This document shows positions 17,201 through 30,853 of a DNA stretch of 64,000 bases, piece after piece (the stretch's first letter is position 1; every line of letters begins with the position of its first letter). The notes under the pieces were generated by a model. The model had not been told where the DNA came from and ran no database searches. It saw only the letters and a program-made list of their open reading frames with translations. Position numbers and translations under genes: made by a program. Source of the DNA: Tubiluchus corallicola (Eukaryota > Animalia > Priapulida); contig JAQGDQ010001073.1 of NCBI GenBank assembly GCA_030141605.1, positions 967 to 64,966 on the forward strand. The letters are read 5' to 3'.

Positions 17201-20200
17201 TTCGTCCTCGTCATTTCTAAGTACAAATTATAATGGCCTAAAATAGCATCAGTTTTAATCAAACTACTAGGACCCTCGTTAAAAAAGTCTGGATAAAAAC
17301 CCCTTGCCTTAAAAAATTAGTATTAAAAATTGTTTTTATCCACATGTGATGAACTCTGGCGTGCTCGGATAAAGTAAAAGGCAACCCCTATTTTGCATTC
17401 CTGACAAAACTATTTATTCTTTTATACAATACACCATAGAGAGTCAAAAATGGTGCCAGTGGTCGTCACATTCCTTAAAAGGAACGATATAAACGAACGA
17501 ATTAATGCACAAATGAATTATGAAAAAGTGAGTGAAAACAAACGAAGAGGTACGAATAAAGGTCCGAATAACATAAAAAATTAATAATAAATTAACAAAT
17601 GAATAAACAAATATGGTAAATAAACAAGTAAATAAATTGCTGACACATTACTTTTTGCAAGGCTACTGCGTTTTCATGTTGTTACGGAGGCACCTGTGTC
17701 GGGTCAGGTATAGGGCCCTCTGCACGCCCTTTCTTGTAGGTCCAGACGTCTTGTTTGGGCCGACACGTGGTGTGAGAAGCCAGCTGACCTGGAATGCCAG
17801 TATAAAAGCGTGTAGAGGTCACTACAGCCTTGATTTCTGACACAGGTGCTCCTCGGCTTAGTATGTGTGTGTATCTGTTGCTTACTTAAGTTAGTGTTTT
17901 TCTAGTGTTGTGTGTGCTAGATGACTTGTTACAAAAGGTATATGCAGTAGTTCATATACAGTTCATTACTAATTTAGATAACATTTTGTAATTAAGAGAA
18001 TTTCATTAGTTAAATAAATACAGTAGAGAACAACTATACAAAATGAACCAACATAATACGGAATTTAAAGACCACCATGCTATCCTGGAAATCGACTCAC
18101 TGAGTCTCGAACCAAGTCGAATTCAGTACAATATAACATAATTTCATATTCGCGTAATGATTTCATAAATAACCTTTTGCAGAAATACCTGAAATCTAAA
18201 ATCTTCATTATAGACGCATGGGTATTTCTCGAAACTGTCCGGCTTCATTATCTTGGTGCAATTGCGATAAGCGGCAATTCCCTTTTCAATGTCTTCATGA
18301 ATTTTTTGTGGAGTGATGGAATCCTGAGCCAAGTCGCTGCGATACCATGAAATGAGTCTATGTGAAGTGAATGGGATGATTACAAACAGACAAAAAATCT
18401 AAACGAGTTGAAAACGTTATTCTTTTATAGTCCTGAATTTTCTAATGCAAACTGAATAGAAGCCTACAATCGAACACAGGGTAGTTGATAATTTGTCTTG
18501 GAACAACACAGAGGAAATACGAGGTTCATCTTCCATCTCAACAGATACAAGCCTGCCTATGCCATGCTGACACACCCAACACATTCAAGAAGCTATTCCT
18601 ACCAAATACCCAATAGACTTTTAAAGGCCACACTTTGGATTATTTAATAAAAATCTGAAAAATTCCACAATTTAAACGAAAGACACAGCATCAAACCTTG
18701 ATGTACAAACCTAATGGTACAACATGAATATACATGAACACAAATTTAAGATAGGGTTAGGGTTTGGGTTAGGGCTACACATATAGTATTTAGTTTACAT
18801 GCGTGATGTTAGTTATATATAGAGATCGTTTATTTTCAATTTATAATAATTACATTCGGGAACTGAAACATTTTAAAACAAAATTACAAGCAATTTGGAG
18901 AATTTCTGAATCGTTTGAGCCTAGCAGTGATTTTAGTTCATCATCATCTAATCAGTAGGTAAAGTTTGGATATATAGAGCTAATTTCCGTATTAAGGGTA
19001 ATTCTTAGTTGTTCGTATCTACTACAGTGCAAGAGCAAATGTGCTTCATCTTCTATTCCTTGTTTGTTTGTGTCGCGTTGTATACAGTGTCTTTCATTGA
19101 CTGGGACATCATTAGGTTTATGATGTCTACCGGTTTCTATTGCAAGTGAGTGGGAACTAATACGTAGTTTTGTGAAAGCAATTTTAGCATTGTGAGTTAC
19201 AGTGTTAATTTGTAAGGGATTTTCTAATTCGTAGCGTTCTTTAACTTTGCAGTAGGTTCTTAATTTCTTTACATCGTTGTTATTAGTGCTGTGTGTTTTT
19301 TTAATTTCTTCCTTCCATTTTTTAAGATATTGTATTGGAGTTTCTGTTTAACACTGTATAGTAACCGTTTGTTGCTTACAGTTCATTGGTTTCCCCATGA
19401 ATGATAGAAACAAATAAGATCGAACTTATGCTTTTCTTCCGTAAATCCAATGCTCCTCAATATCCTACTCTATATTTATCTAATACTCCACTGAAAACAG
19501 TAAATGTTCACAAGCACTTAGTTATCCATCTTACATCTGATCTGAACTGGAACTATCACGTCTCAAAAATTGTAGACAAAGTAATTTAAGCTAAACAACT
19601 TTCGACGCGTGTCAGTTAATATGCCCAGAGCTACGCGCGAACGATGATTCATTACGACTAATCTACAGGCTATTGAATATGGCAACGTAGTATAGTCAGG
19701 ATGCAGTGAAAACAGTATACGTTTGTTAGAAAATATTCAGCAATCTGCTGCTAGAATCTGTTCTGGCGCTATGTTTCGATCTTCCCCTGCAAGTATCTTG
19801 TCTGACAGCGGCTTCACTGAATTAGTGACACGCTTCCATTATCATCGCCTATGTCTTTTTTTCAAAATAATCAATGACTTAGTGCCCCACTATTTAAGTG
19901 CAATTCTGCCGCCAAAGGTAAACGAAGTTACCCCATATTATATACGCAGTGGTACTAAATACAGAAATTTTAATTGCCGTTCTGTTAGCTGTGAAAAATC
20001 ATTTTTCATATCGGCAATTAACATGTGGAACAACTTGCCAAAGAACATTCGTGAAATTACATCCATTTCACAATTCAAACAAGAGCTCAAATCTCATTTA
20101 GGTTTTTCACTACGTAAGAAGCATTTTTCATTTGGTAAACCTCCAATTTCAGTGAATCATGCGCGCATGAGAATCGGATTTTCTCAGCTGAAATATGGCT

Positions 20201-23200
20201 TTTGGCTGTAAAGATAATAACGGTCATCCAATATTGCCGAATTGTAACTGTGGATTTCGATTTGAGTCTGTTGAACACTTTTTGTAGCACTGCCCATTGT
20301 ATCAACAAACTAGGGTTATTGTAAATGTTGTTGCAAATAGTGTATATAGTTTGATGTGGTGAGGATCCTAAATCATGTTGTTCAAACTGTCTGATCCAAT
20401 CCTATAATAAATTGTGTTAAAACTAAGTGCTTGAGTTTCTAGACCATCAACGCATCCTCGATAAGCGGCATGAAACTGCTTTAATAATCCCCGTTTACCA
20501 CGGCTGTAGCATTTCTATTAGGTTCTGAAAGTTTGGGGTTTGTATTAGAATTATGTCGTCAAAGTGCCCGCATACCCGACTTTGCCACTGAATTCAATGA
20601 CTACTTTTTCTTGAAACACAATAATTATTGTGCACAATTCCATCAAACTTGTAGGTGACTATAAAGTCACCTTCTTTAAGGTGACCATTATGTGTGTGTG
20701 ATATTGTTTTATATTCCTTTTATACGTGATATTGTTCAACCACTTAACAGTTACAGAATCGATTTGTTAAATTTTACCACAGTTGCTTACATATAGCGAA
20801 AATCATATTGCCAATTTCTTTGCACAAAATTCTCGATTTTATGAATCTTCTATGATAAGTTATAATTTGTTATCTATTTGTAATAAGTTCAAAACTTTTT
20901 ACACAAATGAAAATTTTTTCTAAAGTTTTTACCGTTCATTAGATGTAAGAAGTAATGCTAGCAAAGAACAAATACGGATTGTAAATTTCATTAAGGAAGT
21001 TATATGGGCTCTAGAACATAATTGTTTTGATCTTTTTGACAGGAATGAGTTGTACGCCATAGTAACATATTTTACTCTCACTTAGTTGTATATATTCGCG
21101 TTGCTTACTAATCTTGTTAATTAATGTTATTTTGCTTGTTGATCTCTTTGTTTATTTGATATGATTGTACCAAGAGTACGAATAAAAATTATATATAAAT
21201 AGGTTCATACCTATCAGTTGGATTTCGCAAAGTGACAATAAGCCTTGCAGATGGGGTTAACCAGTGCATGTCATCAGCTATGTATTGATACGCGCTATGA
21301 GCATCTACACCGTCAAGATAGTTCGGTGTAAAATCTCCTGCAATTTAAAATCAGCAAAATCAAAGTTCTCGTAATCATTATGCAATTTTGAGGCATCATT
21401 CTGTATTAGCAGTCGAAATTCGACTCTCAAGTCTCCTCCTGAGGATTCCAAAAAACCTGTATTTGTATTTGTCGTTTTGTATTCCTTACTCCTTTCATAA
21501 CATATTCCTTGCAAAATATTATAACTATACGTATGCAAAATTTCTCTCCATTAACACAAACCATTTTATAATTACTAATTACACGTCTGCAAAAATGAGA
21601 ATATAATCACCTCTCAAAAAACTAAACTATGATGTGTGAACCTGCTCCCATGACCTTCTTTCTCCAAACAATTTTTTTAGCGCTATCCTGTTCTTACTGA
21701 CCTATCTAACTTTTCCTTTTTCACATTTATTACATCATTCTTTTCTCTCTAGTACAAACTACCTTACTAACAATTGCTATGTGCCACTTAGCTGGTCGGC
21801 CGCTGCTTAGCGATATACTTCAGTACAACCTAAAGACATGTGCTCGCACTTAGCATAACCACTTTGGTTATCGCATTTCAAGGACCAATTTTTACATTGG
21901 TTTTCATAGGCAAAATCTGCTGCTTCCATGTGCTGTGCGGCCACTTTAAGAAAAAGCCAAAACATTAAGTTCATTTACCTTAGATAATAAACGTCAAAAA
22001 AGAATCTTACATGACTAATACCACTTACTACGAAGTCGAACGTTAGTACTGCATAATGAGATAATTATTGCGCTTGCGTCACTATAAGGTCGCCCTAAGG
22101 TCGCCAAAAGAATTGCTGGGCTCCAGGGCAAAAGGAAACTTGGACTCCTCCTCCAATTCTTCAAATAATGATACTCCACAATTGCAGAGAAGTAGATAAG
22201 GTGATACAAACTTAGATTTTCAGTATTTTTCTAACATTTTAAAGAAGATTTGATAATAGAATATATAAGACCAATACATTTAGTGTTTATTTTTAAAAAA
22301 AACAAAAAATTGATATTTGACAGAATTTTTGGTGCAATCTACTTTGAAGCAGGAAACACTAGTTTTCACCTGCCGATTTATGGTCAGTTTTGATTTGCAA
22401 GCACACATTTTATCTTGTGTACATTGGTCAAGGTACACCGTCGTTTGGTTTGTGGGCCCCAGCGCAACTCATGGACCCCAGGCGCCGCCCCGGCTGACCA
22501 CCTTTTTAGTGGGTCTGGTCACTATAATGCCTCATTTACACCTATCTAGTCAGGGTTGTCCACTGGTAGGGAAAGTCCACGGGCTTTTACATAGTGTTGA
22601 AAAACAATTAAATTAACATACGGGTACCTATACTGTTGATGACACAAAAAAGATCTAAACACTTTATAATCTGTAAATGATACTAAAGTATATTAGCAAT
22701 ATGCAGCTTCTAATTTGAGTCAAGCAAGGAACAAATAAGTTTTTGCATTTTTAAATGTTTAGCATGTTTTACAGTGTAATATTTATTAAAACAAATTAAA
22801 TTTGAACGTTTCGCTAATGTTTATTAGCATTTTCGGCTAATTTTGATTAAGTTTCCAGCCACTAAAATCAATTTATTAAGGAATTTAAATAATTTTCACA
22901 CAATTGACGCACATTACCTTCAGGCTAATAAACTATTTACAGTCTGTTTTGTTTAGCAAAATGTTTCTTCTGGGTGGCTGAGTTACATTATTTACATCAG
23001 GTTTGTCATTTTAAAAACAGTTACAGACAAGTGGTTAGTTGTATCATTGGTAAGAATACCCAAAAATATTCCCAGAAAGCTCTGGTTATTTCACTGGCTT
23101 TGGAAAAACTTTAGGAATACGAATTGGCTTATTTATCAAATCATTCGACAAGAGCAAAATATATGCGGCGTTTTGACTGTTGCGTGTTCGCTATGATGTC

Positions 23201-26200
23201 ACTGGTTTACGATCATAACCTATATGTACCTCTCATTTTTGCAGTAATCAAAAATAAACTGTAATTTTTCATCCAAGATATACAACTTATAACGCGGAAC
23301 ATGGTAGATACACGTGTTCTTATCCTAGAGGAAGTTTCCAAAAGTCTCTGGGGAAACTGATGCCGTTTAATCAGTGAATCAAGGAATGCATTGCTTTGTG
23401 AATTTCGTTGTGATGCACTTCCTGTAATATTAGGTGTAGCATTAAGTCATAAAGCGAGGCTTGCCTGCTTTAGGTTAGACACATCCATCAAATACAACGA
23501 TTCTCTGACACGATTTCGCTCAGTACAATTATTAAGATGAAAAGATGTGCAACTTATTTTTCTAGCATACCTGTGAAGTTGGTGTGAAATGAATCTTCCA
23601 CATTCTTCTGTTTTTCTATTTCTTTGCTCGCGTGTTCAAAAACATTCAAATATTGCTCAAAACTTGTTTTCCCATGACCTGAATCTGTTCAAATAAAAAA
23701 GTAAAGTTTCAAGAAAGACAGGATTATTTTTCATATACTACCCCATTTTCAAATCCGATAAAAACTATATATTTTAACAAAAGTAATACTGCAAAAGTGT
23801 TTCTGATAATAAAATAATTGATTAAAATCTTAATTAACGGCGTGCCTAACTATTGATGACATCACAAACTAACATAATTTCCAACAGTAAAAATATTCCA
23901 CGCGAGCTTTTTACACGTGTTTGCGAAAGCCAAAATTGAAATACAGTGCTACTGCAAGATATTCAGAGTGTTGTACTAAAACTAGGTAAGTTTTAAGATT
24001 AAAATTTAAATTTCATGACCTGTCGAACGTGTGTAGTTCGTCGCAAACTAACACATCTGAACTAAAAGGTACATCACCTGTTTTTTGTGCAATGCGTTTC
24101 CGAAATGCAGGCGCTAGTGCCCGTCTAACGCAGACGCCAAGCCCGGTGTTTAACAGGCTTTTCTTGACAAACAATTCAGGTCAAAAATAATCAAAGTTAA
24201 TCTGAAACTAAATCTCGTTACGGACAAGCAGCACTCAACAGCTCGAAATTTATCAACCATCCAAAATGTTGAAAGGAAAACGATTACCTTATTGAGAATA
24301 ATTTACACTACAGAATTGTTATTTCTCAAGTCTAAATTCTTATAGTTTCCAAAGTGCAAATCGCTTATAAAATGTTCTGCTGGAAAACTGTATACAGCAG
24401 TGACGTCATTGTCAGTTCAGTACTGCAGGCTGTTAGTTAAACTATTTAATGAACGGAAGGACTTAGATACTGTGTACACTAATCATGTATATTTTACACC
24501 ACAAGTGTAAATGAGGTATGGTCTGGAAAGTACTTTTTGTTAATAATATTACTAAAGTGATAAAACTCAACTTATTTGGTTTGCAGTTCGAACAGATGTT
24601 GAGTTGATGCTGATAGAAATAACTATTTTAATATGAATTCTGAACTAAAACACGACGCACCACTTAGAACTACCATTTAATACCACTATGGCCGCAGTCC
24701 ATAGACCAGTGAGTAACAAACATTGCAGAAGGTAGTTAAGCAAGCCAAATTAAGGTAAATTAACATTAGCACAATTTTCTGACAATGTGAACTTAGCGAC
24801 CTAAATTAGGCAACACGGACACTAGGTAGTTTTTGAATGATGGCAGGGCATTTATTGTTTGTGGATGACTTCTTCTGTGATGCTGCCTCCAGCTACATCG
24901 CTGGTGCAGGTGTATACACGTGAACGTAGCTAAAACCTCTAGAGTTACAGAATTCATCTTAGAGGACTATCCTTGACAACTAGCTACCTACTGGTCGTGT
25001 CACAAACACCAGTGTAACGAGTAAGCCTATTAATACTAAATGCGGATCTACAGATTGCCAAGCCGTATAAAAAATCACACACTACACGCGTAGTTTTGCC
25101 AGTTCTCATAATGTGGCTATGGTTACCAATGTCGTGTCTTGTCTATGTACTGTTAATCTATAGGTCTACTATAAAGAGAAACACTTTTACCTGCATAATA
25201 ATTAAAAATTCTTCGTGTAAAGTTACGTTCAGGTAGAAATCCTAACTTCTTTTTCGCCATAAGCTCGTGTTCTATAAGAAAACATCATCAACATTTAAAA
25301 AAAAGCAAATGCTATTGCTCGAACGTAATATCCATTTCCATTTCTTGGTGCAGAAACATTCTTTTGCCAACTATTGCTTGTCGTGAGCTAGTCCGAAATA
25401 CACGCACGTTTTACTCGCATGTAAAATATACAGATGAACAATAAATGTGGACATTGCTCGCATATGATGCGCTAGGATCAGTTCTTTTCTGTTTGAACAT
25501 CATTTATCTTTGCCATGACATCAGTTTTATCATGAAATTTTAAAATACAGAGTAACTTTATTTTCAGTTGGCAATATAAAAACTGGCTAAACACTTATTA
25601 CGTGAACGAGACCCACACCACGGCGAAGTGAACATCTTTATAGAGTTACTATGCAAACGAGTATAACAAAAACAAGGGAAAATCACACTTTGCACAATGT
25701 AACAAAATTAACTAAAATTCATAATAATTACAATACATTAATACGTTTTGTAAGTCTGTACTTCTCCCACCAGTGAACCTCTTTCCCTAGACCACTTGTT
25801 ATGAAATCCGGATGTTTTGCCAATATCAGGTAAATCGAAGTTGTTCCTGATTTTTGAGCACCGATTAGGTAAACATACGGCAGACATCTCAAAAATTTCA
25901 TGTTTTCTGAAACGAAAAATGAGCAGTACTATGTCATTTCCAAATTTGATTATGCTGGTTGGATTTACTATTAAGGTGCAACTAATTTTTATTTTTTATT
26001 CAACCCAGATCACAATTTTGAAACATTATAATTGCATTTATATATAAATTACATACTGATGTTTTCACCCGCACCCCCCTGGTCTGTCCTGGTTTTGTCC
26101 ATTACGAAGCCTGTGCCTACTATCACCTACAAGTAGTCTAGTATGCAGAGCTTCCGCGGCAGCAACACGGGCAGGTGTGCTTACGATCTCAGCACCTGTT

Positions 26201-28128
26201 CCGTAAACCAATGTGAAAGATGCAGGACAAAAGTGCTGGCAAACAGTCACTGCACGGTTTTGGGACAAACTCTACGACATGGTGTAACAACGCCAATTTC
26301 AATCCAATCCTATTTGGCTGTCGTCAGCTAACTGGTGTCAGAAGTGGGATGAAGTTGATAAAGCTTGGCAATCAATGTTAGCAGTTACATCAATAAAATT
26401 AACAGCAATAACAAGACGATCCTGTGACTGTTAACGGCTAATTTATACTGAAGCCAAGTATTCAGTGCAAGTTTACCCATACGTGAAAAAGATCGACATG
26501 GCTTCCTCCTAATAGTTCTGATGTTACAAATCTACTTTCCACTAAACAGTTTGCAATTTTCTGAACATGTGATCCACATCAAATAGTACGCATTAAAGGA
26601 AATAAACGGCAATATTTTCCTCAAACTTTTCTTTGCGTAATATCTCACTCAACTTTAAAACGATTTATTACATTTTCTGCACATTTTATTTATTTATTTT
26701 TTTGTGAAATGACGGACTTAGCAAAAAATTTCTGCGAAATGGCAATTCTAGGAAAAATCTGTTCTGTGAAGATTTTTTTCTCGGAAGCAGATTTTTCTGA
26801 CAAAAAACTTTTCTGTGAATATTTTCCCACAAAAATTTCTATGACCAAAAAACGTTTCTAAGATAAGGCTCTTCTGGGAAATGAGTTTAACCCACTGAAT
26901 ATTATTGTACCAAGAGAGGTGTTCGTCTGCAGTAAAGTCTAAGAAAGAAAATGATAATAATTCTACAACCTCGATTACACTCGCGTACGTTTAAAGTACA
27001 AAGTGAAATGTTTCTGCCACGCTGACTGCTACTGAAGTTTTAGTTTTCAACATTCAGCCAAATTTGGGATCATTAATTGGGATCATTTTTAATTCATTAT
27101 TAAATCCAACAGAAGGATATATTAGCTAGCACCAAGGGGTTATTAAGTATAAATTACAACCATTTAAGCAATGTGTGAACAAACATGAACTGATAAGTTT
27201 AACAGCCATTTGTGAAAACCCGAAGTGATGTTTTTGTAGTCTTTGTATCTTTACAGAAACATGATGCTCATTGTAGTATCTAGGCCCGCTCCCGCTGCCA
27301 CTCCCACTCCCACTCCCACTCCCGCTCCCACTCCCAGACGTTTTAGAGTTCCACTATTTCTGTTTGTCTGTTTATCTTACCTTCATTTGAAACGTAAAAA
27401 CACGGATTTTTGTAGTTGTCTAAGTAGCGAATTCCTGCCTGTAGAAAAATAAGCTGATTTAAACCAATTATTAAAATTGAAAAAGCTAAAACAAATCATT
27501 TGTCAAAACAAAATACAAACGCTATCCTGTGATTCCTGTGAAACTCTCCTGTGATTCCTATCCACAACTATGTACAAACGCTATCCTGTGATTCCTGTGA
27601 AACTCTCCTGTGATTCCTATCCACAACTATGTGCAAATGATAGAGGCATAAATGTTCTCTTTAAATATAGTGATGTAATACAAAAAATCGTAGGCGCCAT
27701 CCGAGGTATGATTTTAGAATTTTTTAGTTAAATTTACTTTAAGACAGCAACAAGGACAAATGACATTTCTGTGCATAAAAATTTGGAAATATGCATGATT
27801 ATTGATAAAGAAGTTATTAAAGTAAATATTAGAAACTGCATTGTTGACAAAGAGTGCTAATATTTGTATCACTTACATTAGAGCATCTTAGTGCTCTGTT
27901 CATAGTATCTGGAATTAGCTGCCTTGATATAGAATAAAGTTCAGATTGCGTCACGATGCTTTTGTTTCCAAGATGTCCCGATTCTCTGCAGCCTTCACGA
28001 GGTGATACGTGGACATTTTCACTTCTGCCATCATCGAAGAACAACGCACGTGTAATAATACTCAAGATGGAAAACGCAGCGAAGATTATGAAAACAAAAG
28101 AGGATGTTCTATGCGAACACTTAAGCAT
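14282..28128 (-). CDS. CHST15: Carbohydrate sulfotransferase 15-like (GalNAc4S-6ST family), type II Golgi membrane protein, 9 coding exons
   Basis: Exons 28128-27877 (N-terminal TM FVFIIFAAFSILSII), 27438-27381 (YLDNYKNPCF), 25906-25745 (LRCLPYVYLIGAQKSGTT 5'-PSB; KEVHWW), 25271-25191, 23684-23571 (SFEQYLNVF), 21337-21211 (LIVTLRNPTDR 3'-PB), 18357-18189, 15889-15736 (VFPRDQILILRFED), 14430-14282 (LLDDFYSSFNKDLAELLGDEMWLW*). All GT-AG and phase-consistent. Confidence 0.88.
15028..15300 (-). mobile_element. Degraded Tc1/mariner-type transposase C-terminal fragment
   Basis: GNSLDF (cf. WPGNSPDLNP), then after a frameshift IETVVKGRVGAKM...SKEKLMRHLQDVLEDLDFGSDLF. Confidence 0.5.
15980..16300 (+). 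mobile_element. Possible solo LTR
   Basis: Ends cgtgacg...cgtcaca, purine-rich body, AATAAA near the 3' end; no TSD seen. Confidence 0.3.
18830..19400 (-). mobile_element. LINE ORF2 C-terminal fragment
   Basis: Translates to KLRTYCKVK...FTKLRISSHSLAIETGRH...ERHC...IEDEAHLLLHC, the Cys/His tail of non-LTR ORF2. Confidence 0.75.
19401..20310 (+). mobile_element. LINE (CR1/L2-like) ORF2 3' fragment with stops
   Basis: HKHLVIHLTSDLNWNYHV, LENIQQSAARI, RLCLFFKIINDLVPHYL, SFFISAINMWNNLP, HARMRIG. Confidence 0.8.
26333..26350 (+). mobile_element. Gypsy-type primer-binding site (tRNA-Leu) remnant
   Basis: tggtgtcagaagtgggat is complementary to the 3' end of tRNA-Leu; no gag/pol follows. Confidence 0.55.
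27514..27631. repeat. Tandem duplication, ~59-bp unit x2
   Basis: tacaaacgctatcctgtgattcctgtgaaactctcctgtgattcctatccacaactatg occurs twice. Confidence 0.9.
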
Positions 28129-29648
28129 CGCTATTCATATGATTTTACAGTCTAAAACACACAGATTTGCTTTATTTTTGATAAACTCCGAAAGCCCGAA
28201 GGAAACACAGTAATGTGGAGAATAATTGTAGGATTATTCCAGGAACACAACATAATCATTTCATCATTGATTTAGCTCCTATGAATGGATACCTGCAATC
28301 AGTATTAACAGGTACATTGATTTATTCTAAAATAGATGATAAACAAGTGTTCTTAGCAAGACACGATAAACGTTCTATCAATCTCAGTCACAATGTTAGT
28401 CTTAGTCTTAGTCTTAGTCTCATGATTGTACATAGCGTGTTCCGTTTCGGTTTTTGTTCACTGATATTATAGCTGTAAACACTAAAGTGTGCAGTAACTT
28501 AAATCTACAGAGCGTAGAGAATTTTACCTGTTTTTTTGCCACTTAACCTTATTTTAACTGAGTTCTACCTAATCTAGGTTATTGTCGGTAATGACCGCTT
28601 CATTAGGTTAAAGTCCGCAGTCTTTTTTCTTGAGGCAGAATGTCTGTTTAGGTCAAGTGGTAGGTCAAGGTAGAGCTAACGTATGTTGTCTGTTCAGTTT
28701 TCAGTTTATCTCAAAATATGTTGAAATATTAGCATTGATTGAAATGAACTCAAAAATAAGCATGAAACTAAATGTAAAAAGTGTTGGCAGAATTTAATCA
28801 CTGTGTGCTACCTTCTTATAAAAAAAATCTCCAACAACATAATTGTGTAGTTGGTATCGTGAAAACAAATAAGATAATTTTATATAATTTTGCTCAATTT
28901 TACAGCGAAATCTAAACCAAATTGATCTTAACAAAGTTTTAGGCAAATTATAGTCTAATTAATCTAATCTTTTTAATAAACAAAGGTTCAAAATTTAGGA
29001 ACTTAATAAGTCAACTTACTTCTATAAGTGTAATTATGAAATTATAACAACAAATCAATGAATGACGCTAAACAATGTGTAACTGCTGTGTGTGAATGCC
29101 TGAGTGACTCCAATCTACAGGTAAGTGTACAGGTAAAAGACTGGTCACATGACCTGTTTAAAAGGAAACCAATTTATAACACTAAGAGTGGCTATACAAG
29201 TTTACATCAGCACACCGCCCCCTTAAATGCTCCCTTTTAGCATTTACATCATCCCCTTTAATTAACATTTTAAGTAATGTGTCAGTTACTAACAAAACTA
29301 ATTATCATATACACTTTCTATCAGGCAGAGCTTGAAGATGGGTCTTCGTAGAAGTGCATGATGGTCTTGAGGGAGACACTTCAAACTAACCCATCATTGC
29401 TAACATGTCTTTCAATCACGCGCCCTAGCAGCCAGCAATTACGACCGATGGTAGTGATGATAGTGATGTTTTGATAGGTAGTGATAATGTCGCTTAGTAA
29501 GAATAATAAAAAATAACCGGAAAATACAATAAAAATAAACATACATATTTTTAATATTGACAGCAATTTATTTTTTGTTACATGTTGACCAGCTAACAAC
29601 TTAACATACATGAAAAACAGGCCTGTAGGCCTGTAATTAATTATTATA

Positions 29649-29722
29649 TACAGTGTTCCCTCACTTATTGTGAGTGTTCCGTTCCAAGCCCACCCGCAAT
29701 AAGTGAATTACCGCGAAGTATG
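29649..29722 (+). mobile_element. pogo/Tigger-like MITE terminus
   Basis: TA-cagtgttccctcacttattg...gttcca...ccgcaataagtgaattaccgcgaagta has the Tigger-like end architecture; the other end was not found. Confidence 0.4.
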
Positions 29723-30229
29723 AACACTATACTTATTTTAGTAGTTACACATTATTTCAATTTTTTGTAAAAACCCCACAGGTTTACGTTAGATCTAATA
29801 AAATCTAACGACGTATTATTCACTAAACCATATAGTCTGCCGTGCTTTATACTATTCCTAAGTTATATGGGGGTGGATGACTCGATGACCTCCTGGTCTC
29901 TCGCCACCCATCATAATTGTGCTACATACCCGCTACACACTTTACATAATTTTTTGTTGTATTTGTGCTATAAATATTATATTAGAGATAAGTAAACCTT
30001 TTGGATTGAATTGAATTGACCTAAGGGAAAAAGTGACCAAAGCCAACTGCCCTTCCCCCATGACCAGTGGTCAGTGGTATTGCTGCCTATTTTATGCAAA
30101 CGACTTATTTCATTAATTCACACGCTTTAAGGTGATTTGTGATCGATTAATTGCCTGACTCCGAGAGCTTAGGTTAGATCGATAGGGCGACGATGATTTC
30201 CCACACTTCTTCGAACCTCGATCTATATA

Positions 30230-30853
30230 TACCTCTGACAATGCTTTACCGCACGCTTCCGTCTCTTTTTTCATTTAGGTCCACACTCCGATTCACACTC
30301 TCGACAATTTTACAATTTTTGATCACTTCCGGGAGTTGGCGTCATTTTATTTTCTTTGTTTTTCTTTTTGCCCTCACATTTTGCATTTCGGGGTTTGAGT
30401 TTTTCTGATGAACAGGACTAATATTTTCAAATACTTTCAAGCTAACTGATGCAATGTTACATCTCACTCGTGTCTCGTTATTGTAGAGAACCGCTGCAAG
30501 GCAGGTACTTTTTCCAGTTGGCTTTTCTGTAGGTTCCATTATTTTTATACCACATTCCTTTATTTCGTTCCATGTTACATATCTTACAGACTCTAAGTTG
30601 ACTTCAGACTGTTCCATTAAGTAATGTTTATTGCAGTCTTGCTTGCAGATTGTTTCTGAGCCAATAGAACACATTTCATCCAAAACATCATCTGAGAATA
30701 TTCCTGTGTTAATTTTAAACTCTCTTTGAAAACCGTCAACTGGACGAGCAAAATCGCAAACATCATTTCAAATGCCCAAGTTTCAATGGAAAACAGGAGA
30801 AAGTTTAGCAATATTATTGCATTAATGCATCTAAAGGTTAATAAAAACCTCAT
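30230..30853 (-). pseudogene. Truncated paralog of the secreted Cys-rich protein
   Basis: Near-identical to 52500-52978 (signal peptide MRFLLTFRC..., EMCSIGSETICKQDC); frameshift, stops and 3' truncation. Confidence 0.75.

Noticed and set aside
16440-17935. Possible LTR/DIRS pieces (16440-17060; 17680-17932)
   Set aside because: GC-richer and TE-like, but no ORF, TSD or paired termini I could verify.
18752-18776. Interstitial telomere (TTAGGG-like; also ~50030-50054)
   Set aside because: Only 3-4 degenerate units, next to or within transposon remnants.
26385-26480. Alternative TM-encoding first exon for the sulfotransferase (MGKLALN...LLLLLILLM*)
   Set aside because: In-frame stop and no usable donor; exon 28128-27877 already supplies the TM in phase.
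30268-30276. TGA aligned to a paralog's Cys codon (selenocysteine?)
   Set aside because: The same copy has other stops, frameshifts and a truncation, and no SECIS was recognised; a TGT>TGA mutation suffices.
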